Origin: Blastocatellia bacterium
GTDB taxonomy: Bacteria > Acidobacteriota > Blastocatellia > HR10 > J050
DNA: 64,000 nt
Direction: 5' to 3'
NCBI GenBank assembly: GCA_025054955.1
Contig: JANWZE010000130.1
Coordinates: 9,261-73,260 of the forward strand
In this document: positions 48,713 through 58,781 of the stretch, one piece after another
Numbering within the stretch: position 1 is the stretch's first letter
How the letters are laid out: each line of letters opens with the position of its first letter
Position numbers and translations under genes: made by a program
The notes under the pieces: generated by a model
Databases searched by the model: none
The model's input: the letters and a program-made list of their open reading frames with translations, nothing else
Told to the model about the DNA's origin: nothing

Positions 48713-51294
48713 AAGGTGAGCCGAGCGAGAAAACTTGTGACCTGTGTGGGCTTGATTGCGGCCGACGCCCGTTGCTCGGCTGCTTCGATGGAGTAGAACG
48801 GTCGTTTTGCTGCATGGGCTGCCTCAAGGTCTACACCATTTTGTTGGAGAGCGGCGTCGTCCAGAGCGGCCAAGCGCTTCGCGAAACCGAACTCTTCAAG
48901 CGAAGTCTGGAACTCGGGCTCGTCGCCAACAGCAATGGGCGGCGCAACAAGCCGGCTGCCGACCTCCCACCCGACGCCCCGACAGAGGAAGTGCTGTTGC
49001 ACGTCTCAGGCCTATGGTGTTCCTCCTGTGCCTGGCTCATTGAGCACGCGCTCGCCGCTGAGCGTGGCGTTGTCTCGGCGGAAGCGTTCTTCGCATCCGA
49101 TCTGGTTAAGGTGAAGTACTGCCCACACTATTTGCCGCCGGAGCGTCTTGTCCAACGGATTACGGAACTGGGTTATCAGGCGCGTCCCTACACCGGCGAG
49201 AACGAAACCGCTCAGGCTGAACAGCGAGACTTGTTACTGCGAATGGGCGTGGCCGGTTTCCTGTGGCTGAACATCATGACACTGAGCACGGCGCTTTACG
49301 TCAGCTTCTTCGAGCCAATTGCTGAGAGCATCCGCCGTTATCTGCCGTTTCTGCTGATGGCGCTGGCCACGCCGGTCGTTTTTTATTCAGCCCGACCCAT
49401 TCTGCAACTGGCTTGGCGGGGCTTGCTCAACAAAGTCATTCGCATGGAGACATTGCTCGCGCTCGGTATTTTGGCAGCCTATGTCTACAGCGCCGCGCAG
49501 GCAGTTCGTGGCGAGACGCACGTCTATTTCGACACGGCCGCAGCAATCGTCACGCTGGTGCTGGTTGGAAAATTGATCGAGCGGAGCGCAAAAGAGAAGA
49601 CGGCGCAAGCCATCACGCTGCTCTATCGCTTGATGCCGAAAAAAGCGCGCGTGCTAGCCGGCGGTCGTGAACGATTCGTTTCAATTGACGCGCTCGACGT
49701 CGGCGATGTCTTTGTCGTCAAAGCGGGCGAGCGCATTCCGGCAGACGGCGCTGTAATGGAAGGCTACACGCATGTTGACGAATCATTGCTGACGGGGGAA
49801 TCGGTGCCGGTGAGCAAAGGGCCGGGAAGCGAAGTCGTATCCGGCAGCGTCAACCTGGGCAGCGTCATTCATGTCCGCGCCATAAAAGTTGGCAACGATA
49901 CCACGCTGGCGCAGATCGTTCGGCTAGTCGAAGAAGCCATGAGCAGCCGTTCGTCAATCGAGCGGACGGTTGACCGCATCTCCCGCATCTTTGTGCCTAT
50001 TGTCGTCCTGCTGGCTGCTGTGACGTTGGCCGGCTATTGGTGGCTGGGTGCCAGCGGTGTGCACGAAGCACTCATGCGTGCGATCGCGGTGTTGGTCATC
50101 GCCTGCCCGTGCGCGTTGGGCATCGCCACGCCGTTGGCCATCACAACAGCAATAGGCGCCGCCTGTCGCCGCGGAATTTTGGTCAGTGACAGTCGCGTAC
50201 TGGAGACGATCCGCAACGTGGATGTGGTTGTCTTGGATAAAACCGGCACGGTGACCGAAGGGCAATTCGCGCTGCTGCATTGTGAGTTCATCTCAGACGC
50301 CGATCCGGCCCCGATCCCATCAACATATCCCGAATGTTCGGATTTGGGAGCCGGGATTCTTCAATCCGCAATCTGCAATTCGCAATCCGCAATCGGAGTG
50401 CTCGCATCGCTGGAACGCTACTCCGAACACCCGCTGGGCGGCGCTTTGGTCAAGCAGGCGCAACAGCATGGCATTGAACTTGAGGAGGCGAGCCAGGTCC
50501 ACGTGCGAAAAGGGCAAGGCATCACCGGTGTTGTGGCCGGCCACCGCGTTTTCATCGGAAACCGCCGGCTAGCAGAAGACATGTCCGGCGTTCTTGATGC
50601 TCGCTTGGAGCGCCGCGCCAGCCGCTGGGAACAACAAGGGTACACCGTCGCCTTCTTTGGATGGGACGCCCAGCTTCAAGGACTGCTCGTCTTTGGCGAC
50701 CGCCTGAAGCCCGAAGCCGCCCGGATGGTCCGCGCGTTGAAACAACGCGGCATCAACGTCATCGTGCTGTCGGGCGACGCGCGAGCAACAACTGAATACG
50801 TGGCTCGCGCCATTGGCGCGGATGATTTTGTCGCCGAGGCGTTACCTGAAGATAAAACCGACGTGATTAGAAAACTTCAACAGAGCGGCTCCGTTGTCGC
50901 CATGGTAGGCGACGGCATCAACGATGCGCCTGCATTGGCACAGGCAAACCTCGGCATCGCTCTTGGCTCAGGCACGGACATCGCTATGAAGGCCGCTGCG
51001 ATGGTATTGATCACCAATTCGCTGCACAAAATCCTGAGCGCCTTTGATCTTGCCCAAAGAACCTGGCGCGTAGTGCGACAGAATCTGTTTTGGGCGTTTC
51101 TTTACAATGGCCTCGGCATCAGCTTGGCTATCGCCGGCATCTTGAACCCCATCATGGCAGCCGGCGCGATGCTTCTATCCAGTTTATCTGTGATCGGCAA
51201 TTCACTCCGCCTTAGTTCGCCACCGGCCGCATCAAACGACTTCTCCCGCCGTTTGCCTCGTCATTCGCTTTCTGGCTCCACCATCTCAGGGTAA
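48709..51294 (+). CDS. ccoI: Copper-translocating P1B-type ATPase CcoI/FixI.
   Basis: N-terminal CxxC motifs (CDLCGLDC, SGLWCSSCAW). CPCALGIATP. DKTGT. GDGINDAP. 861 aa. Confidence 0.9.
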   Translation: MKGEPSEKTCDLCGLDCGRRPLLGCFDGVERSFCCMGCLKVYTILLESGVVQSGQALRETELFKRSLELGLVANSNGRRNKPAADLPPDAPTEEVLLHVSGLWCSSCAWLIEHALAAERGVVSAEAFFASDLVKVKYCPHYLPPERLVQRITELGYQARPYTGENETAQAEQRDLLLRMGVAGFLWLNIMTLSTALYVSFFEPIAESIRRYLPFLLMALATPVVFYSARPILQLAWRGLLNKVIRMETLLALGILAAYVYSAAQAVRGETHVYFDTAAAIVTLVLVGKLIERSAKEKTAQAITLLYRLMPKKARVLAGGRERFVSIDALDVGDVFVVKAGERIPADGAVMEGYTHVDESLLTGESVPVSKGPGSEVVSGSVNLGSVIHVRAIKVGNDTTLAQIVRLVEEAMSSRSSIERTVDRISRIFVPIVVLLAAVTLAGYWWLGASGVHEALMRAIAVLVIACPCALGIATPLAITTAIGAACRRGILVSDSRVLETIRNVDVVVLDKTGTVTEGQFALLHCEFISDADPAPIPSTYPECSDLGAGILQSAICNSQSAIGVLASLERYSEHPLGGALVKQAQQHGIELEEASQVHVRKGQGITGVVAGHRVFIGNRRLAEDMSGVLDARLERRASRWEQQGYTVAFFGWDAQLQGLLVFGDRLKPEAARMVRALKQRGINVIVLSGDARATTEYVARAIGADDFVAEALPEDKTDVIRKLQQSGSVVAMVGDGINDAPALAQANLGIALGSGTDIAMKAAAMVLITNSLHKILSAFDLAQRTWRVVRQNLFWAFLYNGLGISLAIAGILNPIMAAGAMLLSSLSVIGNSLRLSSPPAASNDFSRRLPRHSLSGSTISG
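50331..50396 (+). repeat. Repeat-like heptamer tract (CAATCCG/CAATCTG/CAATTCG...) preceded by TTCGGATTTGGGA, embedded in-frame in ccoI.
   Basis: Shares TTCGGATTTGGGA with 36636-36650 and CAATCCGCA(T)TCCGCAATCGG with 58587-58607. Confidence 0.6.
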
Positions 51295-51324
51295 TCGCCC
51301 ATGAGCGTTCGCTCGGCACGACAG

Positions 51325-51371
51325 ATGAAAATGAATCACAGGCGGGAACGCCTGTGCCACATTCTGGCAGG
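51325..51371 (+). repeat. Copy C of the conserved hairpin element, 30 nt after the ccoI stop.
   Basis: ATGAAAATGAATCACAGGCGGGAACGCCTGTGCCACATTCTGGCAGG. Perfect 8-bp stem CACAGGCG/CGCCTGTG with a GGAA loop. Confidence 0.7.
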
Positions 51372-51812
51372 AGGCATGAATCAAGCCACTGACGTTGCAG
51401 AGTCAGCCGCGAGTCCTCTGCATCTCTGCCCTCCATTCCTTTCCTCTCCGTGCCCTCTATGCTCTCTGTGGCCATTTCCCGGAGAGCGATGATCCATTCC
51501 CCGCATCACTGCTCAACATCCGGGCCGCAAGACCAGAATAGGAAGCACTGCAAGAGCAGAACAGGAAGAACCGGAAGTAACGCATGCGTGGCATCCTCTT
51601 GTGAAATGCGGTTGGATGAGATAGTATTTTGCTTCCTTGAGGGGAGCTAAAATAATCGGCATGTCGGTATGGTTCTTGGCAAATCAAGAAAGAGACTGGC
51701 GCGGCCTACCTGAGTTGGCGCCATCTCATAGTTCCCCGATTTCCTATCATTCACTTCGGCTCGCCGGTATGGAGGGTAAGCCGGCGAGCTGGTTACTTGG
51801 GAGAATAAAACA

Positions 51813-53981
51813 ATGAATAAACGTCTACTTGTCCTCTTGCTGGTTGGACTGATGGTGCTCATGGGTCCATCGGGAGCTTTAGCTCAAGACAAAACCATCG
51901 AACCGAGTTATCAAGTCACGCCTACGGTGTTCGGAGGCAGTAGCACTGGTCTGTTCAATACACTGGGCACGCGCACACTGAAGACCGGTGAGCTAACGTT
52001 CGGTGTGTTTTGGAATAACTATGATCGTGATCCGGGTGATTTAGACATCAATCAAATTCCCGTCAATTTCACGCTGGGTCTGACTGACCGATGGGAAGTG
52101 TTCGCAAATGTGGATGTCTTCCAGCAGGTGACCTCCACACGAACGGCGATTTTGGGTTTGTCAGGCCCGCAGTTCAATGGTCGCCGGTCACAATTTGGCG
52201 GCAATCCCATTGCCGCGTTTGGCCCCAGCGTGGGCGGGCGCGGCGATGCCGCGGCTGCATTCTTCGTCAATAGCGGCTCTCGGGTCGGCGGTATTCTGCC
52301 GCCACCGGGCTCGATCTTTGGCCGACTCGTCGCGAACCGCCCGTCATTCTATAACGAATTGCCGTTCTTTGGACAAGCCTACTTCAATCCGCGAACGGGC
52401 GGTTATGAAGTTTCAACATCAGGCAACGGTCTGGGCAACATCACGGCCGGAACCAAAGTGAATCTGGTACACGCCGACCGCGGCTTCAGTCTGGCTGTAG
52501 CCGGTCTGTTTCGCTTTTCTTCAACAAATAACTTTCACGGGATGGCCAATGGTCGCGGACATGGCGAGATTGATTTCGGCCCGATGGTGATTTTGGGTCA
52601 GTCATTCGCCGGCCATCGCGTCCGCTTCTCGGAGAATATCGGCTACATCCGTTCAGGCGATCCTGATCGAAACAACATCAAACTGCTCGATCGCCGTGAT
52701 CAACTCTTGCTCAACGGCGGTGTGGAAATCGCTCCCGCGCAGAAAGTCGTTCTGACCGGCGAAGTCAACAGCACCGTTTACGTCGGCAGCGGCACGCCCA
52801 ATTTGAATCCGATCAACCCGGTTGATCTGATTGTTGGGTTGCGCTACTTTGCCTATGACGGAAAATTTGAGCTGGGTGGCGGCTATCGCCGGTTGCTCAA
52901 CGGCGCGGAAGGTCGCACAATTCCCGGCATTCCTCCAGGGCGAACGACGTTAGGGCCTGTCGCTATTGGGTCAGATGACGTCAACGGATTCGTGTTCAAT
53001 GTGGCGTTTGGCCGGCGCAAGGAAGTGATCCCGCCACCGCCGCCGAATCGCCCACCATCCGTCTTTCTTGAAGCGGACCGGACTACAGTACAACCCGGCG
53101 AGCGAGTCAACATTACGGCTCGCGCCATGGACCCTGATAACGATGTGCTCGATTATTCGTGGTTGGCCTCAGCCGGACAAATCATCGGTTCTGGGCCGTC
53201 CATTATCTTTGACACAACCGGCTTGGCACCGGGCGAATATACGGTCACTGTCACGGTAGACGATAAGAAAGGCGGCACCGCTTCTAATTCAATCACGATT
53301 CGCGTGGTTCAACCGCCTGCACCGCCCGTCAATCGCCCGCCATCCATCCGCAGTGTCAACTGCAACACGGTGATCGGCACGGCGCTCGTGCCCGGTCAGA
53401 TCACCGATGGCGAATCCGTGCGCGTCAGCGCGGTTGCGAGCGATCCAGATGGCGATAGGCTTACCTATCGGTGGAGCACGACAGCCGGCCAAATCCGAGG
53501 CAGCGGCTCTGATGTCACGCTCGATACAACAGGCGTAACAGCAGGACCGGGCGCGCCGCCTGTGGAGATCACGATCACGCTGACCGTGAGCGATGATAAA
53601 GGATTGACAGACACGGCCACGTGCCGGCTGACGGTGCGCTCAGTCAGAAAACCGGAAGCCGAGAAGGTCGAGATGGTTCTTGAATTCCCGGCTCGCAGCG
53701 CACGTGTCAATAACGTCCACAAGGCGATTCTGGACGACATCGCGCTACGCCTGCAGCAAGAGCCCGGTGCTCGACTTCTCATCTACGGTTATGCCAACAA
53801 GGGTGAGCGGCCTCGACTGGCTCAACAGCGCGCCAACAACGTCGTCAACTATCTGGTCAGAGAGAAAGGTATCCAGCAAGACCGGCTCGTGGTCAGAACA
53901 GTTGTGGCGACTGAAGCGGACCCGGCCAATCGTCGTGTCGAGATGTGGATCGTGCCGCCGGGCGCGGAACTCCCACAATAA
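51813..53981 (+). CDS. OmpA-family outer-membrane protein. Architecture: N-terminal beta-rich domain, two tandem Ig-like domains, C-terminal OmpA peptidoglycan-binding domain.
   Basis: Signal peptide. Duplicated RPPS...DPD(N/G)D.L.Y.W...G modules. C-terminal ...NRRVEMWIV OmpA-like motif. Confidence 0.75.
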   Translation: MNKRLLVLLLVGLMVLMGPSGALAQDKTIEPSYQVTPTVFGGSSTGLFNTLGTRTLKTGELTFGVFWNNYDRDPGDLDINQIPVNFTLGLTDRWEVFANVDVFQQVTSTRTAILGLSGPQFNGRRSQFGGNPIAAFGPSVGGRGDAAAAFFVNSGSRVGGILPPPGSIFGRLVANRPSFYNELPFFGQAYFNPRTGGYEVSTSGNGLGNITAGTKVNLVHADRGFSLAVAGLFRFSSTNNFHGMANGRGHGEIDFGPMVILGQSFAGHRVRFSENIGYIRSGDPDRNNIKLLDRRDQLLLNGGVEIAPAQKVVLTGEVNSTVYVGSGTPNLNPINPVDLIVGLRYFAYDGKFELGGGYRRLLNGAEGRTIPGIPPGRTTLGPVAIGSDDVNGFVFNVAFGRRKEVIPPPPPNRPPSVFLEADRTTVQPGERVNITARAMDPDNDVLDYSWLASAGQIIGSGPSIIFDTTGLAPGEYTVTVTVDDKKGGTASNSITIRVVQPPAPPVNRPPSIRSVNCNTVIGTALVPGQITDGESVRVSAVASDPDGDRLTYRWSTTAGQIRGSGSDVTLDTTGVTAGPGAPPVEITITLTVSDDKGLTDTATCRLTVRSVRKPEAEKVEMVLEFPARSARVNNVHKAILDDIALRLQQEPGARLLIYGYANKGERPRLAQQRANNVVNYLVREKGIQQDRLVVRTVVATEADPANRRVEMWIVPPGAELPQ

Positions 53982-54213
53982 CGTTTCAACCAGTTGACCG
54001 AATAAACAGGCTCGACCGATGAACCATCTGTCGAGCCTGTCCGGTTGATTTTCTCAATGCTCATATTGACCGGCTTCACGTGGTTGATGGCCTCAAGCTA
54101 AGCGGCTTGAGGCCACCAACCGTGCCTAAGGCTGGCTGTCTTTGCGCTTACCTAATGAATATGCTGGTTGCACGACACCGTTGAATGTATCCTTGTGCTG
54201 ATGATGACGAGCC

Positions 54214-55143
54214 GTGAATAGGCTAGTCCAAATCCTGTCACGTCGTTTGTTGCTGGTCTTGCCGGTTGTGTGGGCTGTAGTCACGCTGGTCTTTTTGCTG
54301 ATTCACATCGTGCCGGGCGATCCGGTGCTCACCTACCTGGGCGAGCGCGCCACCGCAGAACAAGTGGCTGAAATGCGCCAGCGCTTTGGGTTGGATTTAC
54401 CGCTCTGGCAACAATACCTGAATTACTGGAAGCAGCTCTTCACCGGCGATCTTGGCGTCTCATTTTTTGATCGTCAGCCCGTGTTTGATAAGATTTTGGG
54501 ACGCTATCCGGCCACGCTCCAATTGGCGCTGGCTGCGCTCATTGTCTCAATCACGCTGGCCATTCCGCTGGGCGTCACGGCTGCCACGCATCAAGGTAAG
54601 CTGACTGATAACGTGGCCTCGGTCATTGCGCTCTTAGGAATTTCCCTTCCCAATTTTGCCCTGGGGCCGCTGATGATTTTGCTGTTTGCGGTCAACCTGC
54701 GATGGCTGCCTCCGTCAGGGGTTGGTGGGCCGCTCCATCTTGTTCTGCCGGCGATCACGTTGGGCGCCGCGCTGGCTGCGATTCTGACGCGCATGGTGCG
54801 CTCAAGCGTGATCGAAGAACTGGGTCAGGATTATGTGAAAACAGCCCGCGCCAAGGGACTGACCGAGCGCATTGTGGTGTATAAACACGCGCTGAAAAAT
54901 GGACTGATCCCTGTCGTGACAATCATCGGCTTGCAGTTCGGCGTCTTGCTCGGCGGAGCGATCATCACCGAACGCATCTTCAACTGGCCGGGGATCGGCC
55001 TGCTGACGATCGAGGCAATCGAAGCGCGTGATTACCCGCTTGTTCAAGGCTGCATCCTGGTCATCGCATTATCGTATGTCGTGGTCAACACAGCGACAGA
55101 CTTGCTGTATCGCGTGCTTGACCCACGAATTCAGGTGGAATGA
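54214..55143 (+). CDS. ABC transporter permease, DppB/OppB type.
   Basis: N-terminal RRLLLVLPVVWAVVTLVFLLIHIVPGDP. EAA-like loop region. 309 aa. Confidence 0.85.
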   Translation: MNRLVQILSRRLLLVLPVVWAVVTLVFLLIHIVPGDPVLTYLGERATAEQVAEMRQRFGLDLPLWQQYLNYWKQLFTGDLGVSFFDRQPVFDKILGRYPATLQLALAALIVSITLAIPLGVTAATHQGKLTDNVASVIALLGISLPNFALGPLMILLFAVNLRWLPPSGVGGPLHLVLPAITLGAALAAILTRMVRSSVIEELGQDYVKTARAKGLTERIVVYKHALKNGLIPVVTIIGLQFGVLLGGAIITERIFNWPGIGLLTIEAIEARDYPLVQGCILVIALSYVVVNTATDLLYRVLDPRIQVE

Positions 55144-55247
55144 GAGTGAATCTACAGCCTGGGGCTGCTCTACATGGTCGAATGACTTTCACAGTCGCTC
55201 GCGTTTGTGCCGCGCAGAGCGGCTCCGCCGAGACCTGACACTCAAGT

Positions 55248-56057
55248 ATGAATCGTTTGGCCATTGTCGGATGCGTGATTATCGCGTTGTTGAGCGTGGC
55301 GGCACTGTTTGCCCCACAGTTAGCAACCGACAGCATCACGGCGCTTCACCTGTCAACACGTCTGAGCGGGCCTTCAGCCGAGCATTGGTTCGGGCAGGAT
55401 CAATTCGGACGCGACATTTATTCACGGATGCTGTTTGGCGCGCGTGTCTCCATGAGCGTCGGTGTAACGGTCGTTGTGATCAGCGCCACCATCGGCACTA
55501 TCATCGGCGCCATTGCTGGCTACTACGGCGGATGGGTTGATCGAATTGTGTCGCATTTGTTGTTCAACACATTCCTTGCGTTCCCTGGCTTCTTGCTCGC
55601 CATCGGCATGGTTGCCTTTCTGGGACCGCAACTGAGCAATTTGATCCTTGCGCTCTGTGTGATCGGCTGGGTCGGATATGCGCGGCTCATTCGCGGGCAG
55701 GTGCTCAAAGTCAAAGAAAACGATTTCGTCACAGCCGCCAAAGCCCTCGGCGCAACCGACGCGCGCGTCCTGCTGCAGCACATTTTGCCCAACTGCGTTC
55801 AGCCGCTCATTGTACAAGCAACATTGGGAATGGCTGGTGTTGTGCTAGCCGAAGCGAGTCTGAGTTTTCTCGGCCTCGGCGTGCAAGAGCCGCAGCCGAG
55901 TTGGGGCAAGATGCTCGACGCAGGCCGAGGCTACTTGACGCTGGCGCCGCACATGGTCATCTTCCCCGGCTTAGCGATTATGCTCACCGTGATGGCCTTT
56001 AACTTTGTCGGCGACGGATTGCGTCAGTGGCTCGATCCCAAGCAACGGAAGATTTAA
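55248..56057 (+). CDS. ABC transporter permease, DppC/OppC type.
   Basis: Typical DppC topology and conserved loop (ALGATDARVLLQHILPN). 269 aa. Confidence 0.85.
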   Translation: MNRLAIVGCVIIALLSVAALFAPQLATDSITALHLSTRLSGPSAEHWFGQDQFGRDIYSRMLFGARVSMSVGVTVVVISATIGTIIGAIAGYYGGWVDRIVSHLLFNTFLAFPGFLLAIGMVAFLGPQLSNLILALCVIGWVGYARLIRGQVLKVKENDFVTAAKALGATDARVLLQHILPNCVQPLIVQATLGMAGVVLAEASLSFLGLGVQEPQPSWGKMLDAGRGYLTLAPHMVIFPGLAIMLTVMAFNFVGDGLRQWLDPKQRKI

Positions 56058-56122
56058 CCAGGTCGTGGTGTAGGCAACGAAACAACAGTTTGCTACAATA
56101 CCAGCTCGGAGAAATACAGACC

Positions 56123-56752
56123 ATGTCAACAGAACCAACGAAAGTAGCTTCCTGGAAAGTGAGTGATTTTTGGTATGGCGCACTTGGCCTCGTCATAGGA
56201 TTTTTCATCACATTCTCGATCACCAACGCAGTGCAACGCGATGAACTGGGCCAAGCTGGCACAGCGACAGCCCGGCAAACGCGCGACCTGCCGCCTGACC
56301 ATCCACCCATCAACGCCGATGGCAGCAGCCAAGCCGGCGCCACTGGTCAAACTCTACCGGAAGGCCATCCGCCTATTGCCGGTAGCGCGGCTGGTAGCGC
56401 AGCCGGTAGCACGACAGCGGCCTCCACTCCACCTCCACCATTGCCTTCATTAGAACCTCGGCCGGGACCAGGCCCGAAGGCAGAAGATCAGTTCAAAGAT
56501 ATTCAAGTGCTCAAAGGCGTGCCGCCAACTGACTTTCAAACCATCATGGGTATCATCACGGTGTCGCTCGGTGTGACGTGTGATTACTGTCACGTCCCTG
56601 GCGCATTTGAGAAACCTCACCCGATGAAAGACGTCTCACGTAAGTGGATTCAACTGGTCAAGCAAACGAACCAAATGAACAAGGACGTTCCCGGGGGCCA
56701 GATCAACTGTTACACCTGTCATCGCGGCTTGCCCAAGCCACCACCACACTAG
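56123..56752 (+). CDS. Membrane-anchored c-type cytochrome (two CxxCH motifs) with a Pro/Ala/Gly-rich linker.
   Basis: GGAGAA RBS before the ATG at 56123. TM helix. CDYCH and CYTCH. The ORF track starts at 56027. Confidence 0.6.
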   Translation: MSTEPTKVASWKVSDFWYGALGLVIGFFITFSITNAVQRDELGQAGTATARQTRDLPPDHPPINADGSSQAGATGQTLPEGHPPIAGSAAGSAAGSTTAASTPPPPLPSLEPRPGPGPKAEDQFKDIQVLKGVPPTDFQTIMGIITVSLGVTCDYCHVPGAFEKPHPMKDVSRKWIQLVKQTNQMNKDVPGGQINCYTCHRGLPKPPPH

Positions 56753-56960
56753 AGCGGTTTGTGAATGAGTTTGCCCTAGGAGCGCACGTTTCCAGCGTGC
56801 ATGAGCCTGCAAGATGTGGTGTCCCCAGCGAAAGGCAACTGAAAGTCGCTCTAGGGCAACGTGCATACGCGGGCAACATGCAAACAGAGCGATCCGATTT
56901 GAATCTTCACAGGCGGCGCTTCAGAAGGGGAAACGCCGATCGTTTCTCAGCCTCTGCGTA

Positions 56961-58235
56961 TCAAATCACCGTTCCCGGCGCAATCACTGCCTTGCGTGGA
57001 ATGATGACGATGCCTTCGCGGATATAGTAATTGTCACCGTCCACATGGCGCAGACCAGCCTCGTTGACGATCCGCGCGCCCGCGCCGATACGAACATTTT
57101 TATCCAAAATGGCTCGACGAATGACAGCGCCCGCGCCAATGCCCAGAATGGGACGGCCTTGTTGCCAATCGTGGTGAATCTCCTCAACCGTCTGGTAGCG
57201 ACTGGCGCCCATGATAATCGTCTGTGAGATGTCAGCGCCCGGCTCGATGCGCGTGCGAATGCCGACAATACACTGGCTCAAGCGAGCGCCGCTCACAATG
57301 ATGCCTTCACCCAGCAAGCAATCGCGAATCTGACAACTGATCAGCTTGGCCGAGGGCAATGAGCGCGGCCGCGTGTAAATCGGCGCCTCCGGATCATAAA
57401 AACTGAATGGCGAATCGGACCGCGCCAGATCGAGGCTCACGCGATAGAACGAGCTAATAGAGCCAATCTTTTCCCAATATCCGTCAAACCGAAAGGCCCG
57501 AACGTCATAGTCTCGAACGGCGCGTGGTAGCAGTTCCATGCCGAAATCAAACGTTGGATCAACCCGCGCCAATAGTTGTTCCAGGACAGACTTTTTGAAG
57601 ACATACACGTCCATGGCAGCCAGGTATGGTTTGTCCGTCATGCCAGTGAGGCCGAGTCGTAGCTCGCTCAACGCTGAGCCGCGTGGCTCTTCATAATACA
57701 GGTGGACTCGTTGCTGCTCATCAACGACCACGACGCCGCAGTGCATGGCCTTCTCCTCGGCTACCGGCGTGACAGCTAATGTCACATCAGCGCCCGTCTC
57801 CCAGTGATAGCCAATCAGCTCACTATAATCCATGCGATACAGATGATCGCCAGGAAGGACGAGGCACGTCCCGACCCGTTCCGAACCAAAGTGCCGCCAG
57901 GCGCGGCGAACAGCGTCAGTCGTGCTTTGAAACCAATCACGATGTTCAAGGGTTTGTTCCGTCGGCAAAATATCCACTGACAGCTCACTGAAACCACTGA
58001 AGCGATACGTCCGCGTGATATGGCGATGCAGTGAGGCTGTGTTGAATTGCGTCAGCACATAAATCCTTTGCAAGCCGGAATTGATGCAGTTGCTGACAGC
58101 GACATCAATCAGCCGGTACTTGCCGGCCAACGGCACGGATGGTTTGGCTCGATCTCTGGTCAGTGGAAACAATCGAGCGCCTTGCCCACCACCGAGAATG
58201 ATGGCGACAACATCTTTAGCGACCTTGTGTCTCAT
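56961..58235 (-). CDS. glgC: Glucose-1-phosphate adenylyltransferase.
   Basis: VVAIILGGGQGARLFPLTRDRAKPSVPLAGKYRLIDVAVSNCINSG. 424 aa. Confidence 0.9.
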   Translation of the reverse strand: MRHKVAKDVVAIILGGGQGARLFPLTRDRAKPSVPLAGKYRLIDVAVSNCINSGLQRIYVLTQFNTASLHRHITRTYRFSGFSELSVDILPTEQTLEHRDWFQSTTDAVRRAWRHFGSERVGTCLVLPGDHLYRMDYSELIGYHWETGADVTLAVTPVAEEKAMHCGVVVVDEQQRVHLYYEEPRGSALSELRLGLTGMTDKPYLAAMDVYVFKKSVLEQLLARVDPTFDFGMELLPRAVRDYDVRAFRFDGYWEKIGSISSFYRVSLDLARSDSPFSFYDPEAPIYTRPRSLPSAKLISCQIRDCLLGEGIIVSGARLSQCIVGIRTRIEPGADISQTIIMGASRYQTVEEIHHDWQQGRPILGIGAGAVIRRAILDKNVRIGAGARIVNEAGLRHVDGDNYYIREGIVIIPRKAVIAPGTVI

Positions 58236-58271
58236 CAGTTCGTACCAACGTTGAGGTATTGGTAGGGAACA

Positions 58272-58348
58272 TGGTGGGCCCTGTAGGACTCGAACCTACA
58301 ACCCGCTGATTATGAGTCAGCTGCTCTAACCGCTTGAGCTAAGGGCCC
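58272..58348 (-). tRNA. tRNA-Met (anticodon CAT), elongator type; a tRNA-Ile2 (lysidine) identity is not excluded. CCA is encoded.
   Basis: Cloverleaf read by hand. 7-bp acceptor GGGCCCU/AGGGCCC. D-stem GCUC/GAGC. Anticodon loop CUCAUAA. T-loop UUCGAGU. A73 + CCA. G1-C72 pair argues against an initiator. Confidence 0.8.
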
Positions 58349-58781
58349 ACGTCGAACATCCTAAGCAACGGCCAAGAGCGTGTCAAGCAACTGCCCGCAA
58401 GGCGCGCGTGAACGCCACAGCAATGCCCATTGCCCTTGAAATCGCTATGTTCAGCAGCTCGTGACCGCTTGCCAATTTGCAGCGGTTTTCAGATGGATGT
58501 TCAAATCAAAGGCTCGTCGGCAGTGGACAGAATTACCGCCAGCAATGAACACGCAAACGAAACCCGCTGTTAGCCCGATCAAGCTGGCAATCCGCATTCC
58601 GCAATCGGTAAAGAGCACCCCAGAAGGAAACCACCCTCCGTCAACAGAGCGCCACCTCAAGCACTCAGTCGAGTGCTTGGTGGTCATCGGTCATGTTCGT
58701 TGAAACGATCCGTGAGCGATGAACTGTTCACACATTGAGCGGCCTGCCGCTCTGAGGCGATGCATTTGGCCATCCACTTAT

